This document shows, in pieces, positions 30,936-40,114 of a stretch of 64,000 bases of DNA (positions are counted from its first letter, which is position 1; each line of letters begins with the position of its first letter). The stretch is from contig OZ244717.1 in NCBI GenBank assembly GCA_965218975.1, positions 1,312,001-1,376,000 of the forward strand, in the 5' to 3' direction. This stretch comes from Candidatus Oxydemutatoraceae bacterium. GTDB taxonomy: Bacteria; Pseudomonadota; Gammaproteobacteria; Poriferisulfidales; Oxydemutatoraceae. Below the pieces are notes generated by a model. The model saw only the letters and a list, made by a program, of their open reading frames with translations, had not been told where the DNA came from and searched no databases. A program made the position numbers and the translations under genes.

Positions 30936-31188
30936 TAATCAACTGCGTCTAATCCCAAGACGCGATGCGGAGTATGCACTTGGCGTTCGCACAAAAATCA
31001 TTCGGTTGGCGCTGCTTTGGTTTTATGGACTCTTGTGTTGCCATACATTGATGTACGATTCATCGTTACGCTTTTTGTTTGAGTGGTAAATTTCTCATGC
31101 GGTTCAATTTCGCCCTGCGGCATGATAAACGGCTGATTTGCCATTATGGCACCAAAATTTCATCCCAACGATTCCCGCTTGTTAGGGG

Positions 31189-31790
31189 TGTATAGTGCCG
31201 GATACATATGGGACTTACGGCACGACTCGAAAAGGTGATCGATATGCAATATCAGCACATCAGCCACCGCATCAAAGGTTTCTATATGAGCTTGTTTAAC
31301 TTCAAAAAGAGAGGCTGTTATGAACACAACAACTCAACAGAAATATGATGCCCTCATTTTGGGAGGGTTGTAACTCCCGAACGCATTCAAGGTCGGTCGC
31401 AGTACTTTGTACCGCTGGCGTCGGCGTTATCGCCGCACTGGCCTCAGCGCCTTGCATGACCGCGGCAAAGCGCCGCGCAAACGGCGTCGGATAAAATGCG
31501 CTGTATTCCGCAGCGGCTGAATGCCAAAGGACAAACAAAACGACCGTTTAAGCGCCGTTGCAGGGCACGCAAGCCGAAACACTTCAAAGCACAGTATCCG
31601 GGGGCATTGCATCGCCCTGGATACGATTGTGCGTTATTAGCACGGAGTGCGCCGCTACGTCTTAACGGCCATCAATGTCTATACCCGCATGGCAATAGCA
31701 ACGGCAACCAACCGCTGTAACAGCCGTAGTGCTGCCGCATTCCTGCGCCTGGCAGAATTTCGGCAGCAGTAAAGTCTTTGAGCTGATGAA
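31189..31790 (+). mobile_element. Decayed IS481-family element (HTH plus part of the rve integrase core)
   Basis: TGT end; frameshifted pieces MQYQHISHRIKGFY / AFKVGRSTLYRWRRR...KAPRKRR / RARKPKHFKAQYPG / CIALDTI...RRYVLTAINVYTR. Confidence 0.8.
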
Positions 31791-32130
31791 ACCATTTTGT
31801 GTTTGCTGCCGGATTGTCGGCAAAGTGCCTGTCGTCCATGACGAGACTGGGTTCTGTCAACAAGCCCCAGCCCCGACATCCTTGTCGGGTCGTTCACCGC
31901 TGAAAACCAATTGGTTTTCCGGGCACGTCTCACCCATGACGAGACTTGGTTCTGTCAATGAGCGCCAACCCCGACGTCCTTGTCGGGTCGTTCGCCGCTG
32001 AAACCCGATCGGTTTTCCGGGCGCGTCTCACACTGCACCGCCTTCATGCCGGCAACGGACAGAAAGCACCGATCCGAATGTTACTGCCGAACGCTTCTCC
32101 CGAAGCTCTTCCAAAATCCCATTTAGGGCG
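31790..32130 (-). repeat. Inverted copies (2 units) of the 98 bp repeat family, with flanking sequence shared with 15160-15210
   Basis: Reverse complement of the 15208 unit twice; GAAGCGT.CGGCAGTAACATTCGG is shared with 15186-15209. Confidence 0.8.
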
Positions 32131-32277
32131 GCATCGTGCAGGCGGAAAAAATTCCTTTCTATATTTTGTGCGGTTTTTCTAGGTCCTCTTCGCTAAGTGG
32201 AAGAAAGGTAAGGGTATTTTCTGGTTTGCGCGTGGAGTGCGTCTGTTTAGTTTTCTTTCGAAAGGGGAGGTTAAATT

Positions 32278-32370
32278 TGGCGGAGAGAGGGGGATTCGAA
32301 CCCCCGATACGAGGAAAACTCGTATACACGCTTTCCAGGCGTGCGCCTTCAACCGCTCGGCCATCTCTCC
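32278..32370 (-). tRNA. tRNA-Ser (GGA)
   Basis: GGAGAGATGGCCGAGCGGTTGAAGGCGCACGCCT-GGA-AAGCGTGT, long variable arm, GGTTCGAATCC, CTCTCTCCGCCA. Confidence 0.97.
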
Positions 32371-32591
32371 TATTAACTGTGGTTGATGCTCTTATTTTGC
32401 TGATGTATGCTTTTTCAGAGGAAAAATTTAAGTTAGTAAAATCCAATTGCTAAAACCGGATGGAAATACGTAAAGATTAAGATTATATAGGAAGATTCCA
32501 TTGAATTAAGGGACTTTCTATGCTTTTCTCTGATGCAGATCTCATAAATTGTCGGTGCCGATTGCTCGTGTCGGCAAAGAAGTTCATACTG

Positions 32592-32927
32592 TTATTTTTT
32601 GGAAGGTTTATACTTTTCTTGGTAAGCGCCTGTCGGAAATTGTGCGATATTGTCACCGGTATCATGAATCTTGGGTTGCCCTAAATGCGTAACTTCTTCA
32701 ATTCGGACGACTGAATGTATGGGGATAAAAAATCGGTTGACGTCTGCAAACTGATTACGTAAGCTCTCTTCCGATGGGTCAATAACAATGCTGTCTTTTT
32801 TTGAAAAACATAAACCTTCGACGGCAATAAATCCCATTAAATCAGCTTGATAAACTTGGCGGGCATAAATTTCGTACAATTGATCGTGACTAACGAAAAT
32901 AATCTTATAGAATTTATGTGGTTTCAT
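32592..32927 (-). CDS. DUF1820 family protein
   Basis: YKIIF....YEIYA..V....GFI.VE...DPSEE.LR.QF..V.R.FIP.HSV.RIEEV. Confidence 0.8.
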   Translation of the reverse strand: MKPHKFYKIIFVSHDQLYEIYARQVYQADLMGFIAVEGLCFSKKDSIVIDPSEESLRNQFADVNRFFIPIHSVVRIEEVTHLGQPKIHDTGDNIAQFPTGAYQEKYKPSKK

Positions 32928-35689
32928 TGCGGACGCTGTGTTGGTACTTCAAGTTTCAGTGCGCAAAATTTAAACTCAGGAATTTTTCCGTACGGGTCAA
33001 GCGCTTCGTTGGTTAGCAAATTAGCCGCAGCTTCGTGGTAGCAAAACGGCATGAAAATTTGGCCCGGGATGAGTCCGCTATCGCTACGTACATAGCATTC
33101 GATTTTACCGCGCCTCGATACTAAGCGTACGGTCTTCCCAGCTTTGAGTTTGAGTTCAGTCAGATCGTTCGGATGGATATAAACGACAGGCACGGGTTCA
33201 ATGGCATCTAGTACTGAAGCGTGTCTCGTCATTGCACCAGTGTGCCAGTGTTCAAGCTGCCGTCCGGTAATAAAAATATAAGGATATTCGGTATCGGGCA
33301 GTTCATTTGCGCGAGTGAATGCGGCAGGAACAAACTTGCCCAGACCGTTTGCCGTCGGGAAATCTTGCCGAAAGATGACCGGCTGTCCGGGGTCGGTTGT
33401 GTCAATGCAAGGGTAGGTGATTGAATCATTGTTTTGAAGTCTTTCCCAAGTGATACCGCGGATGCTGTCCATTCCTTGACGCATTTCGTCAAATACTTCA
33501 GAAATGTCTGTGTAGTTCCAGCCTAAGCCGAACCGCTTTGCCATTTCTTGGATAATCCACCAATCTTGACGGGCATTGTATGGGAGTTGTACCGCTTGAC
33601 GTCCCAGCTGTACACGTCGGTCCGTGTTGGTAAAGGTGCCTGTTTTCTCAGGAAAAGCAGAAGCAGGCAAGATAACATCGGCAAATAATGCCGTTTCGGT
33701 CATAAAAATATCTTGCACAACTAAATGCTCAAGTTTTGCCAACGCTTTCCTTGCATGTGAAAGATTAGGGTCCGACATTGCCGGATTTTCACCCACCACA
33801 TACATCCCGCGGATAGTACCGTCCGTTATAGCGTGCATAATCTCCACGACGGTGAGTCCTGGTTTGGCATCAAGTTTTGTATTCCATAGTTGCTCAAACC
33901 GCTGACGTGCTTGGCGGTTATCGACTCGTTGATAGTCGGGGAATACCATCGGGATTAAGCCGACATCCGAAGCGCCTTGAACGTTATTTTGTCCGCGCAG
34001 AGGATGCAAGCCAGTGCCGGGACGTCCGATTTGCCCGGTCATCATAGATAAGGCGATTAAGCAACGAGAGTTATCAGTGCCGTGCACATGTTGTGAGATT
34101 CCCATGCCCCAGAAAATAATTGATGCTTTGGATGATGCGTAAGTACGAGCGACTTGTTTGATGGTTGTAGAATCAATTCCACACACCAGGGACATTTTTT
34201 CGGGCGAATAATCGCGCAAATGCTCTTTCAGTTCGGTAAAACCCTCAGTGCGTTTTGCGATAAACGTTTCATCGCATAAGCCTTGTTCGATGATTGAGTG
34301 CATGATTGCATTGAGTAATGCAACATCAGTATCAGGCTTGAACTGCAGGAAGTATTTGGCATGTCGTGCCAGTTCGATGCGGCGTGGGTCTAAAACGATT
34401 AGTGTTTTGCCGACACGTGCTTCATTCTTTATAAAAGTCGCGGCAACGGGGTGGTTGGTAGTGGGATTGGCGCCGATTACAAAGATAACCTCGGCATCTT
34501 GTACATCACGCACTTGATTTGATACAGCGCCGGAACCAATCCCTTCCAGCAGAGCGGCAACCGATGATGCGTGGCATAGCCGTGTGCAATGGTCAACGTT
34601 ATTGGAACCAAAACCGGTACGTACAAGTTTCTGGAACATATAAGCTTCTTCATTGGAACCTTTTGCGGAACCGAAACCGGCAAGTCCTTTTGCGCCCTGC
34701 TCTTGTTTGATTTTTATTAAGCCGTCGGCGGCTTGATCTAAAGCTTCATCCCAGCTTGCTTGGCGAAACATTGCGGCAATGTCTTTATCGCTTAAGTTTT
34801 CAATGTTGGCCGTTTTAGGAGCGTCTTCCACTCGAATGAGTGGTTGGGTTAGACGGTTTTTATTATAAATATAATCAAAACCATAGCGTCCTTTCACACA
34901 AAGCCTACTATGATTGGATGGGCCATCTTTGCCTTGAATGTGGATGATTTTTTCGTTTTTAATATTGTAAGTCAGCAAGCAACCGACACCACAATACGGA
35001 CAAACAGAGTCAACTTGACGATCTACTGTAGATAAACCCACTTCATTACTGGGCATCAGCGCTCCGGTGGGGCAAGCTTGGACGCATTCGCCGCAACCGA
35101 CACAGCTGCTATCACCCATGGGATCGTCAATGTCGAAAACTATCAGCGACTTTGAACCGCGCAATGAGTATCCGATCACATCGTTGTTTTGTTCTTCACA
35201 GCAGGCACGTACACATCGTGTGCATTGGATGCAGGCGTCCAGATTAACCGCAATGCCGGGATGCGATAAGTCGTTCGCCGGTTGTTTTCGGCTAATGAAC
35301 CGTGGTAATCCGATTTGTAACTTCTCCGACCAAAAATCAAGTTCGTTATGTAAAGTATATTTTTTTTCCGGCATATCGGATTGCAACAATTCTAAGACAA
35401 GTTTTTGCGAATGGAGAGCTCGTTCATTACAAGTTGAAACTTTCATATTGTCACAGGGTTTTCTAACGCACGCCGGTTGTAGAACCCGTTCCCCCTCTAT
35501 TTCTACTACGCAGGCACGACAGTTCCCATCGGGGCGCATATTGTCTTTGTAACAAAGATGGGGAATATCAATGTCATGACGCTTTGCTGCTTGCAGGATT
35601 GTTTCATCGGCGAATGCAGTTATACCTGTGCCGTTCAGATTAAAAGTAACCGTTTCTATTTGATTTGAATATTGTAGATTTGTCGCCAT
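32924..35689 (-). CDS. fdhF: NAD-dependent formate dehydrogenase alpha subunit (Mo/W-bis-PGD, Cys ligand; Fdh1A-like)
   Basis: N-terminal Fe-S motifs (CRAC, CIQCTRC, CVGCGECVQAC, CPYCGVGC), DHCTRLCHASS, LRGQNNVQG, KIPEFK. Confidence 0.95.
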   Translation of the reverse strand: MATNLQYSNQIETVTFNLNGTGITAFADETILQAAKRHDIDIPHLCYKDNMRPDGNCRACVVEIEGERVLQPACVRKPCDNMKVSTCNERALHSQKLVLELLQSDMPEKKYTLHNELDFWSEKLQIGLPRFISRKQPANDLSHPGIAVNLDACIQCTRCVRACCEEQNNDVIGYSLRGSKSLIVFDIDDPMGDSSCVGCGECVQACPTGALMPSNEVGLSTVDRQVDSVCPYCGVGCLLTYNIKNEKIIHIQGKDGPSNHSRLCVKGRYGFDYIYNKNRLTQPLIRVEDAPKTANIENLSDKDIAAMFRQASWDEALDQAADGLIKIKQEQGAKGLAGFGSAKGSNEEAYMFQKLVRTGFGSNNVDHCTRLCHASSVAALLEGIGSGAVSNQVRDVQDAEVIFVIGANPTTNHPVAATFIKNEARVGKTLIVLDPRRIELARHAKYFLQFKPDTDVALLNAIMHSIIEQGLCDETFIAKRTEGFTELKEHLRDYSPEKMSLVCGIDSTTIKQVARTYASSKASIIFWGMGISQHVHGTDNSRCLIALSMMTGQIGRPGTGLHPLRGQNNVQGASDVGLIPMVFPDYQRVDNRQARQRFEQLWNTKLDAKPGLTVVEIMHAITDGTIRGMYVVGENPAMSDPNLSHARKALAKLEHLVVQDIFMTETALFADVILPASAFPEKTGTFTNTDRRVQLGRQAVQLPYNARQDWWIIQEMAKRFGLGWNYTDISEVFDEMRQGMDSIRGITWERLQNNDSITYPCIDTTDPGQPVIFRQDFPTANGLGKFVPAAFTRANELPDTEYPYIFITGRQLEHWHTGAMTRHASVLDAIEPVPVVYIHPNDLTELKLKAGKTVRLVSRRGKIECYVRSDSGLIPGQIFMPFCYHEAAANLLTNEALDPYGKIPEFKFCALKLEVPTQRPQ

Positions 35690-35691
35690 CG

Positions 35692-37389
35692 TTATTTTTG
35701 AATGTTAATTTCGCTCGGGAAATATTTTAAAACGCATTGCAATGGGTTCGAAGCTGCTTGTCCGAGACCGCAAATCGAAGCATCATTCATTACTTGGGAT
35801 AACTCATGCATCAAACCAGCGTTCCACTCAGGTTGTTCCATCATCTGCACTGCTTTGGAAGTCCCAACTCGGCACGGTGTGCATTTGCCGCAAGATTCAT
35901 GAGAGAAAAAGCGCATCGCGTTGAGTGCCGCTGCCGATGCTTTGTCTTGATCCGATAAGATAATGATGGCGGCGGAACCGATAAAACAACCATAATCATT
36001 TAAAGTATCAAAATCCAAAGGAATATTGTCCATGCTTGCCGGCAATATACCGCCGGACGCTCCGCCGGGAAAATAGCCGTGCAGTTTATGTCCTGATAGC
36101 ATTCCGCCACAATATTCATCAATGAGCTCGCGTACGGTGATCCCTGCGGGCGCCAGATGTACACCGGGTTGCCGTACTCTGCCGCTTACCGAAAAGGAGC
36201 GCAGTCCGATGCGTCCGTTTCTGCCTTCGGAAGTAAACCGTGCCGCACCTTTTTCAAGAATATCACGTATCCAAAACAAAGTTTCCATATTATGTTCCAA
36301 TGTCGGACGCCCGAACAGACCAACTTGCGCGACGAATGGCGGGCGCAGTCTAGGCATTCCGCGTTTGCCCTCAATCGACTCGATCATGGCTGATTCTTCA
36401 CCGCAAATATAAGCGCCGGCGCCTCGTCGCAATTCGATATACGGTAAAGACATGTTCGCCGGCGGGTCTTTCTGTAATGTTAAAATCTCCTGCGCAAGCA
36501 CTCCGCGCAGTCCGGCGTATTCATCACGTAAGTAGATATAAATTTTTTCAGTTCCGACAACTTGTGCGGCAATGAGCATACCTTCGAAAAAGCGATGAGG
36601 GTCACGCTCAAGATAAAATCGATCTTTGAAAGTCCCGGGTTCTCCCTCATCAATATTTACTGCCATGTAACGCGGCGCGTTTTGTTGACTGACGATTTGC
36701 CATTTTTTACCGACGGGGAATCCTGCGCCACCTAGACCACGAAGTTTTGAATCTTCCAATTCTTTAATAATGCTTTCATTGCTACGGGTTTCTTTTATGA
36801 TCTTTTTTAGGAGTTGATACCCGCCATTGCTTTGATAATCCGAATATCCCATGTAATCCGGTTCCGGTGCTGCGCATTGTTTGGATTTGATTGCTTGCAG
36901 GACGCCGGCAGTATTAGCCTTCGCAATTGGATTCAACCCAACTACAGCGACGGGTGCGGTTTCACAACGACCGACACAAGGTACTCGTTGAATGCGCACT
37001 TTCCCATTACCGCATGCGTTTTGTAATGATGCAATCAAACCTTCGGCGCCAAACATTTCACAAGTGATCGAGTCGCATACTCGCACGGTTAATGGCGCTG
37101 GCGGTTTTTCATTTTCTTTGACAATATCGAAATGATGATAGAAGCTTGCAACTTCATAGACTTCTGCCGTTGAGAGTTTCATTTCATACGCGAGCGCGGT
37201 TAGATGCCGCGCCGAGATATATCCGTAACGATCTTGAATTAAGTGCAAGTGCTCAATGAGTAAATCTCGGCGTTTTTCGACATTGTTTAGCAGTTCTCTG
37301 ATTTCTTGTACAGCAACAAGATCAATGTTACGTCCTTTGGGCTGACCTCGTTTTTTCTTGCGATGGCCGATTTTAGGTGCGTGAGACAT
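35692..37389 (-). CDS. NAD-dependent formate dehydrogenase beta subunit (NuoE-NuoF fusion; Fdh1B-like)
   Basis: LLIEHLHLIQD, CDSITC, LRGLGGAGFP, NIDEGEPGTFKDR, GAGAYICGEESA, CGKCTPC, CGLG. Confidence 0.93.
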   Translation of the reverse strand: MSHAPKIGHRKKKRGQPKGRNIDLVAVQEIRELLNNVEKRRDLLIEHLHLIQDRYGYISARHLTALAYEMKLSTAEVYEVASFYHHFDIVKENEKPPAPLTVRVCDSITCEMFGAEGLIASLQNACGNGKVRIQRVPCVGRCETAPVAVVGLNPIAKANTAGVLQAIKSKQCAAPEPDYMGYSDYQSNGGYQLLKKIIKETRSNESIIKELEDSKLRGLGGAGFPVGKKWQIVSQQNAPRYMAVNIDEGEPGTFKDRFYLERDPHRFFEGMLIAAQVVGTEKIYIYLRDEYAGLRGVLAQEILTLQKDPPANMSLPYIELRRGAGAYICGEESAMIESIEGKRGMPRLRPPFVAQVGLFGRPTLEHNMETLFWIRDILEKGAARFTSEGRNGRIGLRSFSVSGRVRQPGVHLAPAGITVRELIDEYCGGMLSGHKLHGYFPGGASGGILPASMDNIPLDFDTLNDYGCFIGSAAIIILSDQDKASAAALNAMRFFSHESCGKCTPCRVGTSKAVQMMEQPEWNAGLMHELSQVMNDASICGLGQAASNPLQCVLKYFPSEINIQK

Positions 37390-37480
37390 TAAATTACAAT
37401 CATATCAACATAGCAACTTGGCATTATAATAGTATGCGACAACAATTCCAAAATTGCTACACCACAGTAGGAGGGCCCCG

Positions 37481-37867
37481 ATGGGATGGCGTGATAAAAA
37501 ATTAGAAGAAGTTTATTCCGAAGAAGAAATTAATCAACGCTTGCAAGAAGAGTTACCGCAATGGTACTACGAGAGCGGTTGGATACGGAGGAAATATAAA
37601 ACACATAGCTGGAAAGGCACTTTGATGGTAGTAAATGCGGTTGGACATTTAGCAGAAGCGGCATTCCATCATCCTGATTTAACTGTTTCTTACGCTTTTG
37701 TAATTGTAAAATTGATGAACCATGCGGCAAAAGGCGTGACCGATAAGGATTTTGAGCTGGCAAAAAAGATTGAGGAGTTTATTCAGTGGCAGCCGGCAAA
37801 GAGTAGCGGGGCATTGGAAGGAACGCCGTCCGATCAGCGTTTTGCCTATATTAAGTATGACGGTTAA
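37481..37867 (+). CDS. Pterin-4a-carbinolamine dehydratase family protein
   Basis: IRRKYKT..WKGTLMVVNAVGHLAEAAFHHPDL, HAAKGVTDKDFELA. Confidence 0.9.
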   Translation: MGWRDKKLEEVYSEEEINQRLQEELPQWYYESGWIRRKYKTHSWKGTLMVVNAVGHLAEAAFHHPDLTVSYAFVIVKLMNHAAKGVTDKDFELAKKIEEFIQWQPAKSSGALEGTPSDQRFAYIKYDG

Positions 37868-37872
37868 TTACT

Positions 37873-38550
37873 ATGATTCATCCACTGTTGCGTCGATTTC
37901 CGAACAAGCTAAAGGTCGGTTTAGTCAATCAACATTTTTTAATTGATCAATATTTTAAGAGGGTCGTTTCCGTTTTATTCGTGCACATCCCTAAAACTGG
38001 GGGAACTAGTCTTGTGGTGGCATTCCGGATATCTCTTTTTCACTTTAAGCTTGCACATTTGACAGCCGACGAGCAACGTCGGATGGTAGGTGAAAAATAT
38101 TGGGACAAAAAATTTTCCTTTGCAATAGTACGTAATCCCTGGGATCGATTAGTTTCTTACTACCATTTTGAAAGGATGCATAGTTTTTCAAGAGATTTAC
38201 AAATTATTCCGTTCAAAGCATTTGTGAAAATAGCTTTACAGGACCAAGATTTTGAATTCTTCGGAGGAAGAGCGAAAAAATTTAGGAAATACCTTTCCAG
38301 TCAATTGAATTGGATAGCTGATGCTGACGGCAGAGTCATTATTTCATATTGCGGCCGTTTCGAGCGACTTCAGGAAGAGGTGTTACTGCTTGCCCACCGA
38401 TTTGGCAAATCGGATGTGCGTTTACCCCATACATTTTTATCAAAACGTCGGCGAGATTATCGTATCTATTATGACGATATAACTGCAGAAATTGCCGCAA
38501 AATACTATGCTAAGGATATTGAGTACTTCGATTACCGCTTTGATTTGTGA
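37873..38550 (+). CDS. Sulfotransferase family 2 protein
   Basis: FVHIPKTGGTS, FAIVRNPWDRLVSYY, GRFERL, Y..DIEYFDYRF. Confidence 0.9.
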   Translation: MIHPLLRRFPNKLKVGLVNQHFLIDQYFKRVVSVLFVHIPKTGGTSLVVAFRISLFHFKLAHLTADEQRRMVGEKYWDKKFSFAIVRNPWDRLVSYYHFERMHSFSRDLQIIPFKAFVKIALQDQDFEFFGGRAKKFRKYLSSQLNWIADADGRVIISYCGRFERLQEEVLLLAHRFGKSDVRLPHTFLSKRRRDYRIYYDDITAEIAAKYYAKDIEYFDYRFDL

Positions 38551-38590
38551 ACTGTACGTGTTCAGTATGTATCCGGCCACGTACAAAAAC

Positions 38591-38620
38591 TTGTATTTTG
38601 GTTGAGTTTTGGTGTATAAT
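38591..38620 (+). promoter_or_regulatory. Possible sigma70 promoter of the T3SS translocon operon
   Basis: TTGTAT-N18-TATAAT, 75 bp before the first ORF. Confidence 0.4.
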
Positions 38621-38695
38621 AGAATAAAATACCCCTTAAAAAAGATAAGAGATAAAAAGAAGATAAGAGATAAATAAAGTAAATGGAGCAAAGAG

Positions 38696-39001
38696 ATGAC
38701 TGATGGCGATAGAGAAGCACGATTAGACAGAATGGTGGCTGAAACAGATGACCTTATCTATCAGGCAAATGACGTTGCCGCAAGTCTGCAGGCAACTTTG
38801 GAGAGTCTTGGTTGTAAGGATACAGCGACTTTGCAAAAATTATTGCAGAGCAGTGAGTGCCCGTCGGATTTGCGTAAGCAAGCAAATGATGATTTTGATA
38901 AGTTGCATGAAGAATTGCTTGAAGAAGAAAATCGGCTTCCATCATCGGACAGTCAATCAAGCGGAGGTAAACACCCCAGAAGCGGAATGACCAAAATATG
39001 A
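38696..39001 (+). CDS. Small acidic helical protein; possible chaperone of the T3SS filament protein
   Basis: GGAG RBS; acidic and helical; directly before the EspA-like gene. Function is inferred from position only. Confidence 0.55.
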   Translation: MTDGDREARLDRMVAETDDLIYQANDVAASLQATLESLGCKDTATLQKLLQSSECPSDLRKQANDDFDKLHEELLEEENRLPSSDSQSSGGKHPRSGMTKI

Positions 39002-39064
39002 TTTCGTGGTAATTTCTGTTTCACTCACGATGAACAATTACCCATCTAAACAGGAGATACATAT

Positions 39065-39598
39065 ATGACCGGTAACGTAACCAATCCAGCTTTAACGCAA
39101 ACCATCAAATCGACCGGCACCGGCGGAGTGACGTTCGGCGGCGTTCCTATGTCGCTGGACGATGCGATGACATTATTGTTTATGCAACGAGCTCAAACTA
39201 TGAGTGATTTAGCGACGGACCGTGCGCAAACGGCGCAGGAAAAATTGAAAGAGATTCAACAAGCGCGAAATTATTTGTCGCAAATGAGGGAACTGAAAGG
39301 ACAATCTGGTGATCACCATAGTTCAAAGATGCCGCAGGATATGAAGGACTATTGCAAGGCTCACGATATCGAATGGGATCATACAAACGACGACGATAAC
39401 CATAACAAAGGCCAATGGGATATCAACATACAATATATGCAGGACTTCGTGGACAAACTGTCCAGCGATAATGATTTGTTTATGATCAAACTCAAAAGCG
39501 TTATTAATAAGTCGCAGGAAGCGCTGCAGGCGGCGGACAGCATGAATACGAAGTCTAAGGAAGTGATGAGCAGTATCATAGCCAATTTCGCTCGTTAA
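39065..39598 (+). CDS. EspA/SseB/Bsp22-like T3SS needle-tip/filament protein
   Basis: N-terminal coiled coil (LFMQRAQTMSDLA...LKEIQQARNYLSQM) and C-terminal WDINIQ...DKLSSDNDLFMIKLKSVINK...SIIANF; precedes the SycD and SctE genes. Confidence 0.7.
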   Translation: MTGNVTNPALTQTIKSTGTGGVTFGGVPMSLDDAMTLLFMQRAQTMSDLATDRAQTAQEKLKEIQQARNYLSQMRELKGQSGDHHSSKMPQDMKDYCKAHDIEWDHTNDDDNHNKGQWDINIQYMQDFVDKLSSDNDLFMIKLKSVINKSQEALQAADSMNTKSKEVMSSIIANFAR

Positions 39599-39631
39599 TA
39601 GACGGAATCTTTTATTGAGAAAGAGTGGCGG

Positions 39632-40114
39632 ATGGATGCTAAAAATGTAGCGGCGGTTTTTACCGAGGGAGCTAGCGTTCTGCAGGGGTATCGAACTCTG
39701 AAAGGGACGCGAGGCATCTCCGAAAAAGCGATTGACAGCATTTATGGTGTCACTCATGAACTATACAACAGTGGTAAATATGCGCAAGCGCTGAAAGGCT
39801 TTGAGTTGCTATGCCTGTATGATCACGAAAATCCCAAATATTGGATGGGATTGGGTTATTGCCGTCAGGTTTTGGAAGACTATTTCGGAGCGGTAAGCGC
39901 TCTTAGTTACTCCACTTTGTATTTGGATGAGCACGATTGGGATTTATATTTTAATCTTGCCCGTTGTTTGACCATATGCGGGCAAAAAGACTCAGCAGAA
40001 GAGTATATAGACGCTATCTTAGCATCGGATGCGGAATCCGGTTTGAAGGATAAAACGCGATCTCTACAAGCTCAACTTACTCATACAACCGAGAGAACAA
40101 CAGATGGCAAATGA
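39632..40114 (+). CDS. SycD/LcrH class II translocator chaperone (TPR)
   Basis: TLKGTRGISEKAIDSIY, YNSGKY.QA.KGF.LLCLYDH.NPKYWMGLGYCRQ. Confidence 0.9.
   Translation: MDAKNVAAVFTEGASVLQGYRTLKGTRGISEKAIDSIYGVTHELYNSGKYAQALKGFELLCLYDHENPKYWMGLGYCRQVLEDYFGAVSALSYSTLYLDEHDWDLYFNLARCLTICGQKDSAEEYIDAILASDAESGLKDKTRSLQAQLTHTTERTTDGK

Noticed and set aside
31189-32370. Integrative element or prophage at tRNA-Ser
   Set aside because: No tyrosine or serine integrase, and I saw no duplicated tRNA 3' end (att site) in the window; only IS debris.
32136-32453. ORFs overlapping 32278-32370
   Set aside because: They overlap tRNA-Ser and are spurious.
32924-35689. Selenocysteine formate dehydrogenase
   Set aside because: The active site reads TRLCHAS with a Cys codon, and there is no in-frame TGA.
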